A DNA stretch of 64,000 bases from NCBI RefSeq assembly GCF_006345805.1, contig NC_043000.1, positions 58,962,001-59,026,000 of the forward strand. Reading direction: 5' to 3'. Position 1 is the first letter of the stretch. Each line of letters opens with the position of its first letter. The stretch comes from Octopus sinensis. Taxonomy: Eukaryota. Shown here one piece after another: positions 26,231 through 38,752 of this stretch. A program made the translations under genes and the position numbers. Under the pieces are notes generated by a model. The model saw only the letters and a program-made list of their open reading frames with translations. It did no database searches and was not told the origin of the DNA.

Positions 26231-27352
26231 ATCACTTTCCCTGTCAGCACTACAGCATGGGACCAGAGGTAGGACTTGATTATCTGTCCATCTTGGATTC
26301 GTAAACCCTTCTCTCCCATTTGTTTCCTCATCTTTAGCTCGGATATCAGGTTCCTCCGGCGAATTCTCTCTCTTAGTGAGTATTCCTTGCGAAAACCCAT
26401 ATTGGGGTCCTCCCAGGCATGCGTCTGAGCTCTGTTCAGAAAGACTGAAGCCTCCCGATCAGAAGAAAAGATTACCCTTATTGGGCGTGGTCTAGTATCT
26501 GCGGTTGGGTTCGCTTGGAATCTTCCTAGCCGAGCGACCTTAAGAACACTGACATTTTCGTTCACAGAGAACAATTTTCCAACCAAAACGGAAACAAAAT
26601 TAATGTCATCTTTTAGGCGGTTTATGCCTGTATCACAGGTGGATTCAGCCTTGCCATATATTATTGCCGATCTTGAGTGGGCAAAAAGTTCTCTACTATG
26701 AGCTGTGGTATTCGATTCTTCATTGGAGGATTTCGAAAGGGTGGTTTCATAGCCATCGGACTTATGTCGGCCTGTGGGGTCGATCGGAATGGATTTAGTG
26801 GTCATAATTTTCCCGCCTGGTTTGGAACTGCACTGCCTCTTCTTCGGTTTGGGGGAGCACCACTCCCCAGATGAACCCACATCGAGATCGTTCAGAATTG
26901 GTTGAGCAATGGCATTAATGGGAAGGACAAGTGAAGGAGAATCCAAACAGATTTTATCGTGATCAGGTTTCATAGCCAAATCTGCCCCTCTGGAGTTTTG
27001 ACTACGTTTCTTCTTTTGGGGAGAACAACGGTCTTCAGGTGGGTTTGAGTCTACGCTCCTCGAACTAGGTTGGGGAACCTCCGGGACCGAAAAGGCAGAT
27101 GAGGAAGAATCCGCACAGGAACGATCATGTGCAGGAATGACCGCCGGTTCCTTCGCCTTCTTTGGCCGCTTCGATTTTGTTCCCCTTGGTTTGGACGTCT
27201 CCAGGGAAGAAATCAAGGGTGACCCTGCGTCAACAGGAGACCGTTTATCGTGGTCAGGTTTCATAGCTAAATCCGCCCCACTGGAGTTTTGACGACGTTT
27301 CTTCTTTTGGGGAGAACAACGGTCTTCAGGTGGGTTTGAGTCTACGCTCCTC
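26227..27352 (-). CDS. LINE ORF1 (5'-truncated)
   Basis: Open from the truncation point to TGA at 26227. C-terminal SAIIYG..ES / RLGR..RPRPIRVIF / RKEYSLRER is typical of CR1/L2-type ORF1. Confidence 0.8.
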
Positions 27353-29040
27353 TTTTAAATATATATCAAAAGTATTAAAAGTTCAATAAAAGATAAAGAG
27401 TAAAACACTACGATCGTTTCATGGCTGTACAATTCGTAATAATTCGTGTTATGGTTACAGTCAATCTTCAGGTTAATTGAAATATTTATCTTAGCGAGGT
27501 TCATACATGACAACACACACCTTCACACACTCTCTCTCTCTCTCACACACACACATAGATGTCCATTTCATATACATTTGCATATATCTTTCACTTTCTC
27601 CTTTCACTTTCTGCTCTCACTTCAAAGCCAGTGTCACCTTTTCACTTTCTATTTCTGCTCTCTTCAAAGCATAAAGAAATTTTAAAAACTTTAATGACAA
27701 CTTTGGTGCTTCAAACAAAAGAATGCCATAAAATAACTTCCTTTGGCACACACACACTCTAGGTAAAACTTCTGTACAAATTGTTATTTTTTGCTGTGTG
27801 CACGTGCAAAATTATAGCTCAGATCCAATTGAAATTACCTTTATCTATTCTGTAATTTGTGTTTGTGATGAGCATATTTAAAAACCTGATCTTTGATATA
27901 AACTTAAAAGAAAGTTTTCTCAGAAATCCTGTCCTTTACTTGTTGTTTGTAGCATGTGTCCAAGGTGACATTTGCACCCCTCCCTCCTTATATATTTCCT
28001 AAATTTCTTCCAATTCCTGTTTTCGATACAAGAGATTAGGATTTCACCCAAAAAACATTTTCTCAATATTTTAATTTCCTCCTCCCTACCCCAACTTCTT
28101 CATTTTTACTTTTTTCCAAATTTTTTCTTTGTAATCTACAAAGAAAAAAATAGTACGAATCTTTAAGAAATTTCTTCTTCCTTTTTTCTTAAAGAAACAC
28201 TAAAATCTCCTTCCCAAACATCTACCCATCGCCTCAAAAAGAAACAAACTCCCAATGTTTCACTTTTGGCTTTTTAGAAAGCAGGGAAGTTTCTTCAGAA
28301 ATAATGTCTAGCATGTCAGGTTTTCTGGTGATGGTCTGGTATTTTTAAAGTCTGCTATTTCTGTACAATTCTATGCATGTGTGAAGCATCAGACAAGAGT
28401 GAAACATTGGGCGGTTTTAGCTTAAGTGTCCGTTGTCACGATTTTGCAATTTGAAGCTAGTACATTATTCGATAACTTTTTCTTTTTTTCTTTTTTTTTC
28501 CAAAAGCGTGTAATAGATTTCTTTTGAGCAAGTACAAGAACAACTTTTTAAAATGAAGGAGGAATGGATTAACTATTACTAAATCTATTGAACAGTGAGG
28601 GGTTAAAGGCAATATTTTGAGCATAATTAAAAACTGGTCGATATTCTATGGTTTTGTTGCTAAAATACTGGCCAAGTTTTCAAATTCAAATCCATATAAA
28701 TTCTTTGTATTCTGCTTTCAAACAATGCATATTACTCCTCTTCCTCAAGTCAGTTCATAAGGAAAAGCATACAGCTGTAAACACGCAGGATGCAATAACT
28801 TAGAAATAAGCAACCTATGTTAGAATTGAATACGAAGATACAGAGCTCATGTTAGGTCCCTCCAATTCAATCATTGTAATGACTATATTTTATAATACTT
28901 GGCAGCAGAGAAAGAAGTGAATATGACAAACTTGACCAAAAGTTAAATAAAGTGAATAGATTTCATTTTTTTCTTTTGTTTTATTATTAAAATAACTTGA
29001 AAATAACATCACTTCTAAATATTTTGTTTGTTAATTTCAG

Positions 29041-29117
29041 AGAAAGCTGACTGTACGATTAAAATATCTGATGAAAATTTCCCACTCTTAATGACTGGAA
29101 AACTTAACCCACAGCAG
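29041..29117 (+). CDS. SCP2: SCP2 domain exon
   Basis: CAG|..|GTGAGT, phase 1/0. (K)KADCTIKISDENFPLLMTGKLNPQQ. Confidence 0.94.
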
Positions 29118-29162
29118 GTGAGTTTCATAATTTTATAATTTCTACTATCATTCTTTCTTAAT

Positions 29163-29246
<84 letters not shown>

Positions 29247-30922
29247 CAAAGAGATGACACTGAAGAAAAACAAAGGTTTGTGTAATGAACTACATTAGCT
29301 TACAGCTGTTTCTGCTATCTGGTAGACTGTTAGTTGAGTCCCTGGACTGTTAATTTAGGTAACATCCTATAGTTTCATCACAGCCTTTAATATGAAGTGC
29401 ACATTATTTGGGAAAATTACATTTTCAGAACATACAGGTGAGAAAGTTAATGCTGATGCCTATAGAAAGAGCTGTCCAAATGGAAGAAAAAGTTTGCAGA
29501 TATATGCCAAAACAGACACAGTAACCCGGAGTAGTCTTCTACCTGGCTGGCTCCTGTCAAACTGTCCAACCCATGCTTGCATGGAAGGCAGATGTTTAAC
29601 GATGATGATATATATACACACACACACATAAATTGATATATATATATAATACCATCATCATCATTTAACGTCCATTGTCCATGCTGATATGGGTTGGATG
29701 ATTTGACCAGGACTAGCAAGCTGGGAGGCTGCATCAGACTCTAGTCTGATTTGGCATGGTTTCTATGGTTGGATGCCCTTCTTAATACCAACCATTCTGA
29801 GAGTATAATGGGTACTTTTATGTGCCCCTGGCACATGTGTCATTTGCATGACACCAGTATCAGCCACAACTGTGATTTCACTTGGCTTGATGGGTCTTCT
29901 TCTCAAGCACAACATAATGCCAAAGGTCTCGGTCATTAGTCATTGCCTCTGTGAGGCCCAGCGCTTGAAAGGAGATTTTTGCACTCCACCAGCATTGGTC
30001 ATTTTGCCTATATGTATATTTATTTATAGCTCTGTGGTTAAGAAGTTCACTTACCAGCCATTTTTTTCTGGCTTAGTCCCACTGCAAGGCATCTTGGGCA
30101 AGTGTTTTTTTTATTATAGCCCCAGGCTATAATAGAAGACACTAACCCATTATTATAGCTTACTAAAGGCAGAATGCTGGTAGAATTGTTAGCACACCAG
30201 ACAAAATGCTTAGCTGTATTTCTACCAAATATTTACATTCTGAGTTCAAATCTCACCAAGGTCAACTTTATCTTTCATCCTTTTTGGGTTGATAAAATAA
30301 AGTACTAGTCAAGTAGTGGAGTTGATGTAATCAACTAACCCCCTCCGCTTTAATGTCTGGCTTTGTGCTAAAATTTTGAAGCAGTTATTACAGTTTATTA
30401 TTTTTTTACCAATAAACTCTTGTTTATTGGTCTTTATCCGTGGGTCCACTACAAATACCAGCTTGTAGGTGCAATGTGGAAAGGGTTCAAAAGGATAACC
30501 ATACTGCATCGTCTGCCATGCAGGTTAACAAGGGATGCATTCAGATCTTAGGCAGAAGAATCTGTTTGAAAAATATATTGCAGACTCCACCTTATGCCAG
30601 TATAGCCAGCAATAAGCCTGCAACTTGTTCTGTGAGGCATGAGGTGAGAACACAATGGATGCATATTTTTTTCAATGAAAGAAACTTCAGTGAATGTTGT
30701 TTTGGTGGTAAAGGCATAAGGCCTGAAATTTTGGGGGAAGGGACTAGTCAATTACATCAACTCCAGTATTTCACTAGTACTTAATTTATTGACCCTGAAA
30801 GGATGAAAGGCAAAATCAACCCTGGCAGCATTTGAACTCAGAACATAGTTGGATGAAATACTGCTAAGCATTTTGCCCAGTGTGCTAATGATTCTGCCAG
30901 CTCACCGCCTTGATAAATCATA

Positions 30923-30954
<32 letters not shown>

Positions 30955-31850
30955 GGACATAGACATTAAGAATAAAATGATTTGCCTGGTATTATCCATG
31001 CTACATTAAAATAGATATGATTATATGACGTAAAACATTAGAATAGTATCCATAATATTTCTAATTTAAGGGGAGAAAACAGTTGATTATATCAACTATA
31101 ATACTTAACTGTTACTGCATTCTATTTTTTATTGGCTCCCTAAAGGATGAAAGGCAAAGTTGACTTTGGTTATACTTGAACTTGAAATATAGAGAGGATA
31201 TTATGTGGATGATATTAGTAATATATCAGTGCTACAAACATAATGTCAGTTATATTTTTCTAAACACTCAAAAACACTAATTGATAAATACATTTATATT
31301 AAGTTGTAAAAATGCAGTCAACAATGCCAGTTTCATTGATGCTATATTCAATTTAATGACGTAACAAAATTAACTAGAGTGTATCTGAGACTATCCTATA
31401 CAGAAGAGAAATGATCTAAGGAAGATTTGGTCGTTAAGTGACCATATAGAGGTTTCCTCATTGGCTCATATAACTGCCTTTTTGTGTATAGTGTGTTGTT
31501 CATAAAACACCTTCAAGAAATTCTCAAACAGTTTGAGAATGAAAGGAAATATTTTTCTAGAAAAAGAATGTTTTTTTGTAAAATATTAGTTTAATGAAAA
31601 ATGCCATATTCTCTTAACAAATTATCTTAATTGTTCAATACATAAAATTCCATAAAAAATGGTTTCATAGCCTTTTGTTATTATACACAAACAAGCACAA
31701 ATTTCTTTTATACCATTGAATGCTACTTGAGCATTAATCCTGAAATAATTCTCCTTTCATATTTATAGTAATAGAAAGAGTTTTTCATTGTAACTCCATC
31801 TCCCTATAATTTCGTGTCTTTTATATGTCTTTTCTGTTTTTCTTTTCAAG

Positions 31851-31946
31851 GCTTTCATGAGTGGCAAGCTGAAAGTATCTGGAAAAGTTGCCCTAGCAAT
31901 GAAACTAGGGAATTTGAAGCTTAAAAATACAGTTTCAAAACTGTGA
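31851..31946 (+). CDS. SCP2: Terminal SCPx/SCP2 exon ending in peroxisomal PTS1 (SKL)
   Basis: AAG| acceptor after a pyrimidine tract. AFMSGKLKVSGKVALAMKLGNLKLKNTVSKL*, stop TGA at 31944-31946. Confidence 0.95.
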   Translation, partial: AFMSGKLKVSGKVALAMKLGNLKLKNTVSKL

Positions 31947-31983
31947 TAGAAATTGGAAGTTTAAATAACAGCAGTGTGATTTT

Positions 31984-31999
31984 AATAAATTATAATAAA
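31984..31999 (+). terminator. Candidate proximal poly(A) signals of SCPx
   Basis: Two AATAAA (31984 and 31994) about 40 nt after the stop. The background is AT-rich, so specificity is weak. Confidence 0.3.
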
Positions 32000-32823
32000 T
32001 TTTGCCATTCTACTGGATTTTTTTTATTCCCAAAACATTCTTTAAAATAATTATTAGTGATTCTTAATATTTTTCATTCCAAACTAGAATTGCTTATAAA
32101 TTATTTTATTGTATCAGTTGATGTTAAAGTTTTATTTTTCCTTTTGTTTTTGAGATAAAGCATTATGTATCAAATTATTTTATGGTAAAAAGTAGAAAGA
32201 ATTGATATTTATTAGGTATTTGGAACAAGCCCTGCATCCAAGAATTAAAGTGTTTGTAGGTAAGGTTCTAGAACAAAGAAAATTCCAATAACAAACATAT
32301 CATTTAAAAAATAACCTTTATGTGCTGGGCTCAAACATAAACTAATGTTGTTGATTAGACTAAATTATTTAAATTATAAATCATCTAATATTCAATTCAC
32401 CAACAACTTCAGTGATTCAAATGGTAAATATGATAGCAACTAATGTGTTCATAGAACTTCTGGTGTTTGTTGGTCCAGTGATTATATGAATGGATGATAT
32501 AGAAAATAGCAAATCAACACAAACCATCTGGCTATTAAAAAACTTTGTTTTTCTTTCTTCCAATTATCTACTTTAATTGAAATGATGTAAGCTTCCAGAA
32601 TCAAGTTGTTTTGTTTGAACAAAATTTACTCTATTTTTATAGTATAACTTTTCAGTCTGACTGTTTGTAATAATGTTTCATTAATTCAAAAATGCATTTT
32701 TGTTTTAAATCCAAATACTTAAAAATGTAGATTATAATATATAGAGTTCAATTAATTAAATCTAATAAGATAAAGTAGTAGATTCAGTCAGTTTACATTG
32801 TTATATGTACCATATATATATAT

Positions 32824-32858
<35 letters not shown>

Positions 32859-33050
32859 TATTTTATAGAAGGAGCTTCTACAGGACTAGAACTGTTTCAT
32901 TCAAATGAATCTTCAGGAAGCTCCTGAAGATTTCATTTGAATGTAACAGTTCTAGTCCTGTAGAAGCTCCTTCTATAAAATAAATTAATTTACTCTGCTA
33001 TGTATTGAGTACCTTATTTACTGTGGTTAACCCCGACTCAACCCGGGACC

Positions 33051-33099
<49 letters not shown>

Positions 33100-33769
33100 G
33101 ATTCAGTTGAATTAGGTACTTAAATTGAGGCACCAAGCCAGTTTGCTATATTCCACACAGCTCTAAGTTAGGTTAACACAATGCAAATAAGTAATAAGGA
33201 TGTTCAGGAATTGATCAATGAAAATATTGCACCAATTTCAAAGAAACCACTCTCCTCAGAGCAGATGATCATATAGATTTCCAACGTAAAGGATAAACCA
33301 TTTTTAGCATATATAGTAGATTTATATCAGTACTAGAAACTTACATAATTACATTGTTCCAGTATGTTATATTTCTGGCAGAATGAATTCAGTGAATACT
33401 GCATACCTATTTAAACATACTATAATTTAGAGAGTAGCAAAGGAAAATAGTGGAAGTCAATGTATAGGAATGGTGAGATAGTTACTTATTTTTATTTATG
33501 AGATTTTATGCAGCATATAGTTTACAACCGTTCTGCCATTAATATCATATAATGAAACACAGTAGATATTTTGGATTCTAGTACTGATATAAATTTACTA
33601 TAAAGGCTAAAAATGGTTTATCCTTTGTTGAAAATCTATATAGTTAGATTCCCTGAGGAGAGGAGTTTCTTTCAAATTCATTTAGTGTTTTTATTCATCG
33701 ATTAAATGGAGCCACTTGAAACAGCAGTAATGCATTGATACCTGAACATGCTTCGTACATATTTTCATT

Positions 33770-34275
33770 ATATATACATATATGTATTTATATATGTATA
33801 TATATATATATGTATGTATATGTATATATATGTATGGATATATATGTATTTATATGTATGGATATATATGTATTTATATGTATGGATATATATGTATTTA
33901 TATGTATGTATTTATATGTATGTATTTATATGTATGAATATATATGTATGTATGAATGAATATATATGTATATATATATATGTATGAATGAATATATATG
34001 TATATATATGTACGTATGTATGAATATATATGTATATATATGTACGTATGTGAATATATATGTACGTATGTATGAATATATATGTATATATATATGTACG
34101 TATGTATGAATATATATGAATATATATATATGTACGTATGTATGAATATATATGTATATATATATATGTACGTATGTATGAATATATATGTATATATATA
34201 TATTTATATGGATGTATATGTATATATATATATTTATATGGATGTATATGTATGTATATATATCATATGTATGTA
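33770..34275. repeat. Compound AT-rich minisatellite
   Basis: Tandem variants of ATATATATGTATTTATATGTATGG and ATATATATGTACGTATGTATGA. Confidence 0.9.
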
Positions 34276-34545
34276 TATATGTATAAAGCTAAAATTTATG
34301 AAATATAAAAAAAAATAACTCATTTAAAATCCCCATCAGTTTTCTGTCTTTTTATAAATGCTAATTGTATTGCCTGAAAATAAAGTTTTTACTTACAAAA
34401 TCACACATTTATGGGTGTATGGGTATGTATGTGTTTGCATTAAATTGCAACTAAATATTTTTCTACATTTATTTTTATCATTAATGAAATTGATATAATG
34501 ATTGTTATGTATACCTTTTATAAATATTATTGAGAAATGTTGATT

Positions 34546-34620
34546 AATAAAATGTGAATAAATGGCTGATATTAATAATAAAGCAAAGAAATTTTTGATT
34601 GTCTTTTTAATGATTGTAAA
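34546..34620 (+). terminator. Candidate distal poly(A) site of SCPx
   Basis: Three AATAAA (34546, 34557, 34577) followed by a T/GT-rich tract (TTTTTGATTGTCTTTTT). Confidence 0.35.
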
Positions 34621-34852
34621 ACTTCAAATGTATTTTATCAAATCTGCATTTTCGATTTAATATCTTTTTTGGCCAACTGTTGTGTTAAATATATCCTTCA
34701 TGTACAACTTCATGAAGTTAGTACCTGATAAAACTTTTCAAATAATTTGAACGTTGTCTGTTAACCTAGAATTAGCATTGATTAATTTTTGAGTTTTAGG
34801 AAATTTCATTTTGACTGTTCCATTTGCAATTAACTGGCCATATGAGATAGCT

Positions 34853-34906
<54 letters not shown>

Positions 34907-35649
34907 TATCTCTCTCTCTCAGTAATTGCCATGAATGAATCAAAAGTCTTAGTTATTGATACCATGACAAGAGTTAAAAGTTGGCGAGTAATTCGGCCCA
35001 TGATGGGACATAGGACATATTACAATATTGAAAACCCTGTGCATATTTTTAGCAACATATGTAAAATCAATCTCACTCACTCATTCCCTTGATTTACAAA
35101 ATATTTCAATTACTATATTTCATTCAGCCCTGATACATTACCAATGTAGAACTATATCTTTCTAGCTGACAGCATTTGTATGGTGCTGTGTATATACAGA
35201 AATGCTGCTACTATTGCAATTGCTGAACCTCAAATATATTAATCATTTGAAAACTGTGTTGTTGTTTAGCTCCATGTCATCCCTGATTGAACTGACCTTA
35301 GATAAAAAAAAAACATTCCAGTCATGACCTGTCATTCTTTTTTGCATATCTGAGATTGTTATTCAATACACTCTTTACTGTTTTTTACCCTCTCTGTTTG
35401 AAGTCTGAAGCTCCTCCTCCCTCCCATCAAATTTCTCAGTGAGGATGTCCCTAAATCTCTGACCATGTGAAGGGTTCTTTGGCTTCCAAATCCTTCTTTT
35501 CTGGATTGGTCTGCTTCTTGGCATCCTCGAGTCTAAAGTCACTAATAACGTCCACTACCTAGGTAACCAAGTCTGTAGTGGGGGTGGATGCTCAGTGTTG
35601 CCACTAGAATAAAAATAGCCTGAGCAAAGTTCAGAAAGTTCCTACCTCT

Positions 35650-36610
35650 ATCTACTGGTGTCAAAGGGCCTCTCACTCAGGGTGAAAGGTAGATTGTACA
35701 ATGCATGTGTATGTACTGCCATGCTTCATGGCAGTGAAACATGGGCCGTGACTACTGAAGACATGCGTAGGCTTGAAAGAAATGAAGCTAGTATGATCTG
35801 CTGGATGTGTAATGTCAGTGTGCACACACGACATAGTGTAAGCGCCCTAAGAGAAATGTTGGACTTAAGAAGCATCAGATGTGGTGTGCAAGAGAGATAT
35901 GACTGCACTGGTATCGTCATGTGCTATGTATGGATGAGGAGAGCTGTGTGAAGAAATGTCACTCCCTAACAGTGGAAGGAACCCATGGAAGAGAGAGATC
36001 TTGGAAGATATGGGATGAGGTGGTGAAGAATGACCTTCGAATGTTGGACCTCACAGAGGCAATTACGAAAGACTAAGACCTCTGGAGATATACTATGATT
36101 GAGAAGACCTGGCAAGGAAAGTGAGATCACAGCCATAGCCTACACCAGTGTTGCATAACCAGCCCAATTAAAAAGTACTTTTGAATCATTGGGCAACATT
36201 CCATGCTTGAAGAGACCTATTGAGTCAAGTAACTCAAATCAAATGGAAATTGTAGTTGTGGCCGTTACCAGTACTGGTAGCATGCGATAAGCGCCATTCA
36301 TTCATGCATGGACTGCTGCCAGAACCACCTGACTGGCTTCCCGTGCTGGTGGACATAAAAAGCCCCATCCAAACATGGTCGATGCCAGCCCCAGCTCCCC
36401 AACTGGCTCCTGTGCCGGTGGCACATAAAAAACCATCTGAACATGGTCGATGCCAGCCCCTCCCCTGTGCCAGTGGCACATAAAAAGCACCCACTACACT
36501 CTCGGAGTGGTTGGCATAAGGAAGGTGCATCCAGCTGTAGAAACACTGCCAGCTCAGACTGGAGCCTGGCTTGCCAGTCTGGAAAACAGACGTTAAATGA
36601 TGATGTATGC
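35650..36610 (+). mobile_element. Older RTE LINE 3' fragment
   Basis: KGLSLRVKGRLYNACVCTAMLHGSETWA..ERNEASM, followed by the same 3' UTR and (GAT)n tail as the copy at 42855-45306. Confidence 0.85.
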
Positions 36611-37074
36611 TAAGATTAGGGAGAGATCTGACTGCTATTTCTAGCAGGTTGAGCTGAGATTTCAATTCCACTGTGAAAACTGTAAAAAGAAAAGAAAACC
36701 TTTGCATTTTTCTAAAGTAATCTTGGGTATTATGAAGTTCTTTGTTACACATTTTAAGATTTTGAGGTTTGAGGGAGATTTGGCTGCTATTTCTAATAGT
36801 TGTGTGGCCACGTAAAGGCTCATCAATTGGCTTGACTCACACAAATATTTTTGCTACATAACTATGTAACCAAAAGTGTTTTGTGATTACTTTCATAAAT
36901 ATGACTGTAGTTGTAATTATTGTACTAAAATCATTGCTTGTCTTAGAGAAGAGTTATGAACTGGTGGTACACCAGAATCTACACCTATCTTTTTATCAAA
37001 AAATAATACTAAACACTCTAAAATTGTTACCAAATATTTTTCTGAATTTATAGATTAATCTATATAATTCTTCC

Positions 37075-37800
37075 TCAATGTCCCAAAAGATCATTACTAA
37101 ATTTGTTGAGTCTTCCTTCTCTCCATTTCTCAAGAATTATGCCTCTATAAGCAGTACTACCATAGAGGAAGTTTCCATATTTGTTTTTGATTTTGCATCC
37201 TACTTCCATACAGCACACCCCAGTCTCACCACCATGTATGCAAACATGACGGCAGTACAAAATTACAGTTGCTTCAACAAGCTTTGCCAATTTTCCGTCA
37301 GTTATTCTCTACCAATGAGCACCAGAGGTACCTCTATCCTCCCAAACTCTTCACGTTTTCTCCATCTACAGCAATATATCATGATTTTTAAAACCTCACA
37401 TTCAACATCTCAAAGGGTGATTAAAACTGCCATTAACATTTCCAATACCTCAAAACTTGATCCTGCCTCAATAACTACCAGGACAGCTCTCAATGCCAGA
37501 TCTCTACTGGTGACCTATTTTCCTACATCATTGAACAGTATGTTCTCCCTCATGAGAAATTTTGGTGGAGGTAGTATTGTTTCATTTGACTATATCTAGC
37601 ATTCAGCCTATAACCTCCATCAATCTCTCATCTCTTGGTGGCTTTCTATCAGATCACACCATCATAGCATGTACTGATGGAGCTCTCTGTAACCCACACT
37701 CTATCAGCAATGATGTACCCCAACACTTTTCCTCTTATACATCAACAACCTATATACCATCACCTCTAACACCACCCAGTCCTCTACGGATGATATCACT
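37075..37800 (+). mobile_element. Highly decayed non-LTR element (ORF1/endonuclease-like)
   Basis: Cys-rich degenerate reading followed by an SDH-like motif near 37647. Weak evidence. Confidence 0.3.
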
Positions 37801-37855
37801 TTATATTCTTCCCTTACATACTGTGTCCAAGTATCATCCACATGCTGCAACTTAA

Positions 37856-38075
37856 CCCTTTTGATACCAACCCAGATGAAACCGCCTCTGGTTCTATAGT
37901 ACGAATAACTTGTTTTCAAAAGTTCTTAATTTAAATCTTCCACCAAACCTTAGTCACAATTTATGTTCCTAACACTAGCTTAATGAAACTAAGTTATTTT
38001 ACTAAATTCTTTGTTATATTTAAATTAATTGAAAGAAACACAGAGCATCTCAACAGAAATATGCTAACAAAAGGG
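37856..38075. mobile_element. piggyBac-like MITE
   Basis: TTAA|CCCTTTTG...CAAAAGGG|TTAA. Same family as 54726-54946, in opposite orientation. Confidence 0.85.
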
Positions 38076-38380
38076 TTAAACACCTCATGCGAAATTTCCA
38101 CTGAAACTATGAATACAGACTCCAATAGGAACATGCCAATCTTTTCTTCATGAACAACAGGACAAAGAAACATTATTGCACCCCACCCATGCTAAACATG
38201 CGAGTATATCCCTCAAATGCAAGTTCACACTGTCACCAAGGATCTCTCTTAGCAAACATTTATACTCAAAATAGTCTGTCACAGGGTGGTAGGTGTGATG
38301 GGGTAGAACTTAACACTTCTGGCAGAAGTTGTCACCGACAGAGACTCTCAACAATCAAAAATTCAAAGGAAACTTAGTTT

Positions 38381-38752
38381 TGTAGCGGCACAAGCAGCTA
38401 GCGCCATATTGGATGAGATCTCGCGGTAGCCATTGCTATCTCCGAGACCTCACCTGCATCCATTTACCATGCACGAGATCACAACGAGGCTCACAATGGA
38501 GAAAACTATATAAAGGGAAAACCCTCTTCAAATTTCTCTTCTTTGGTGCCATTACACAGCAGCACTGGCTGAACACAACCACTGGCAGAGATTTTCTGCC
38601 TGTCTATCTCCAGAGGCAATGTGCCCGCACTATTCGGAGCTTAAGATGGTAGCTGTGAGCAGCACACTTCACCTTTCCTGTAAATAAACCAGTTGTAAAT
38701 AGCAGTTGTACTTGAAGTCTTTTCTCTTCACCTGCCGGAAGCCTGAACTACA
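38381..38752 (+). mobile_element. Candidate solo LTR
   Basis: TGTAG...CTACA inverted termini, internal TATATAAA and AATAAA. No TSD found. Confidence 0.5.

Larger units (their letters stand above)
23263..27352 (-). mobile_element. Young CR1-clade-like LINE, 5'-truncated, with (AACT)n tail
   Basis: ORF1 + ORF2 (APE-RT), short 3' UTR, tail (TAAC)n at 23263-23284. Roughly balanced GC against an AT-rich host. Antisense within an SCPx intron. Confidence 0.95.

Noticed and set aside
28260-28480. Slightly CpG-richer patch with GGGCGG as an internal SCP2 promoter
   Set aside because: Lies after half of the SCP2 domain is already encoded; a single GC box is not evidence.
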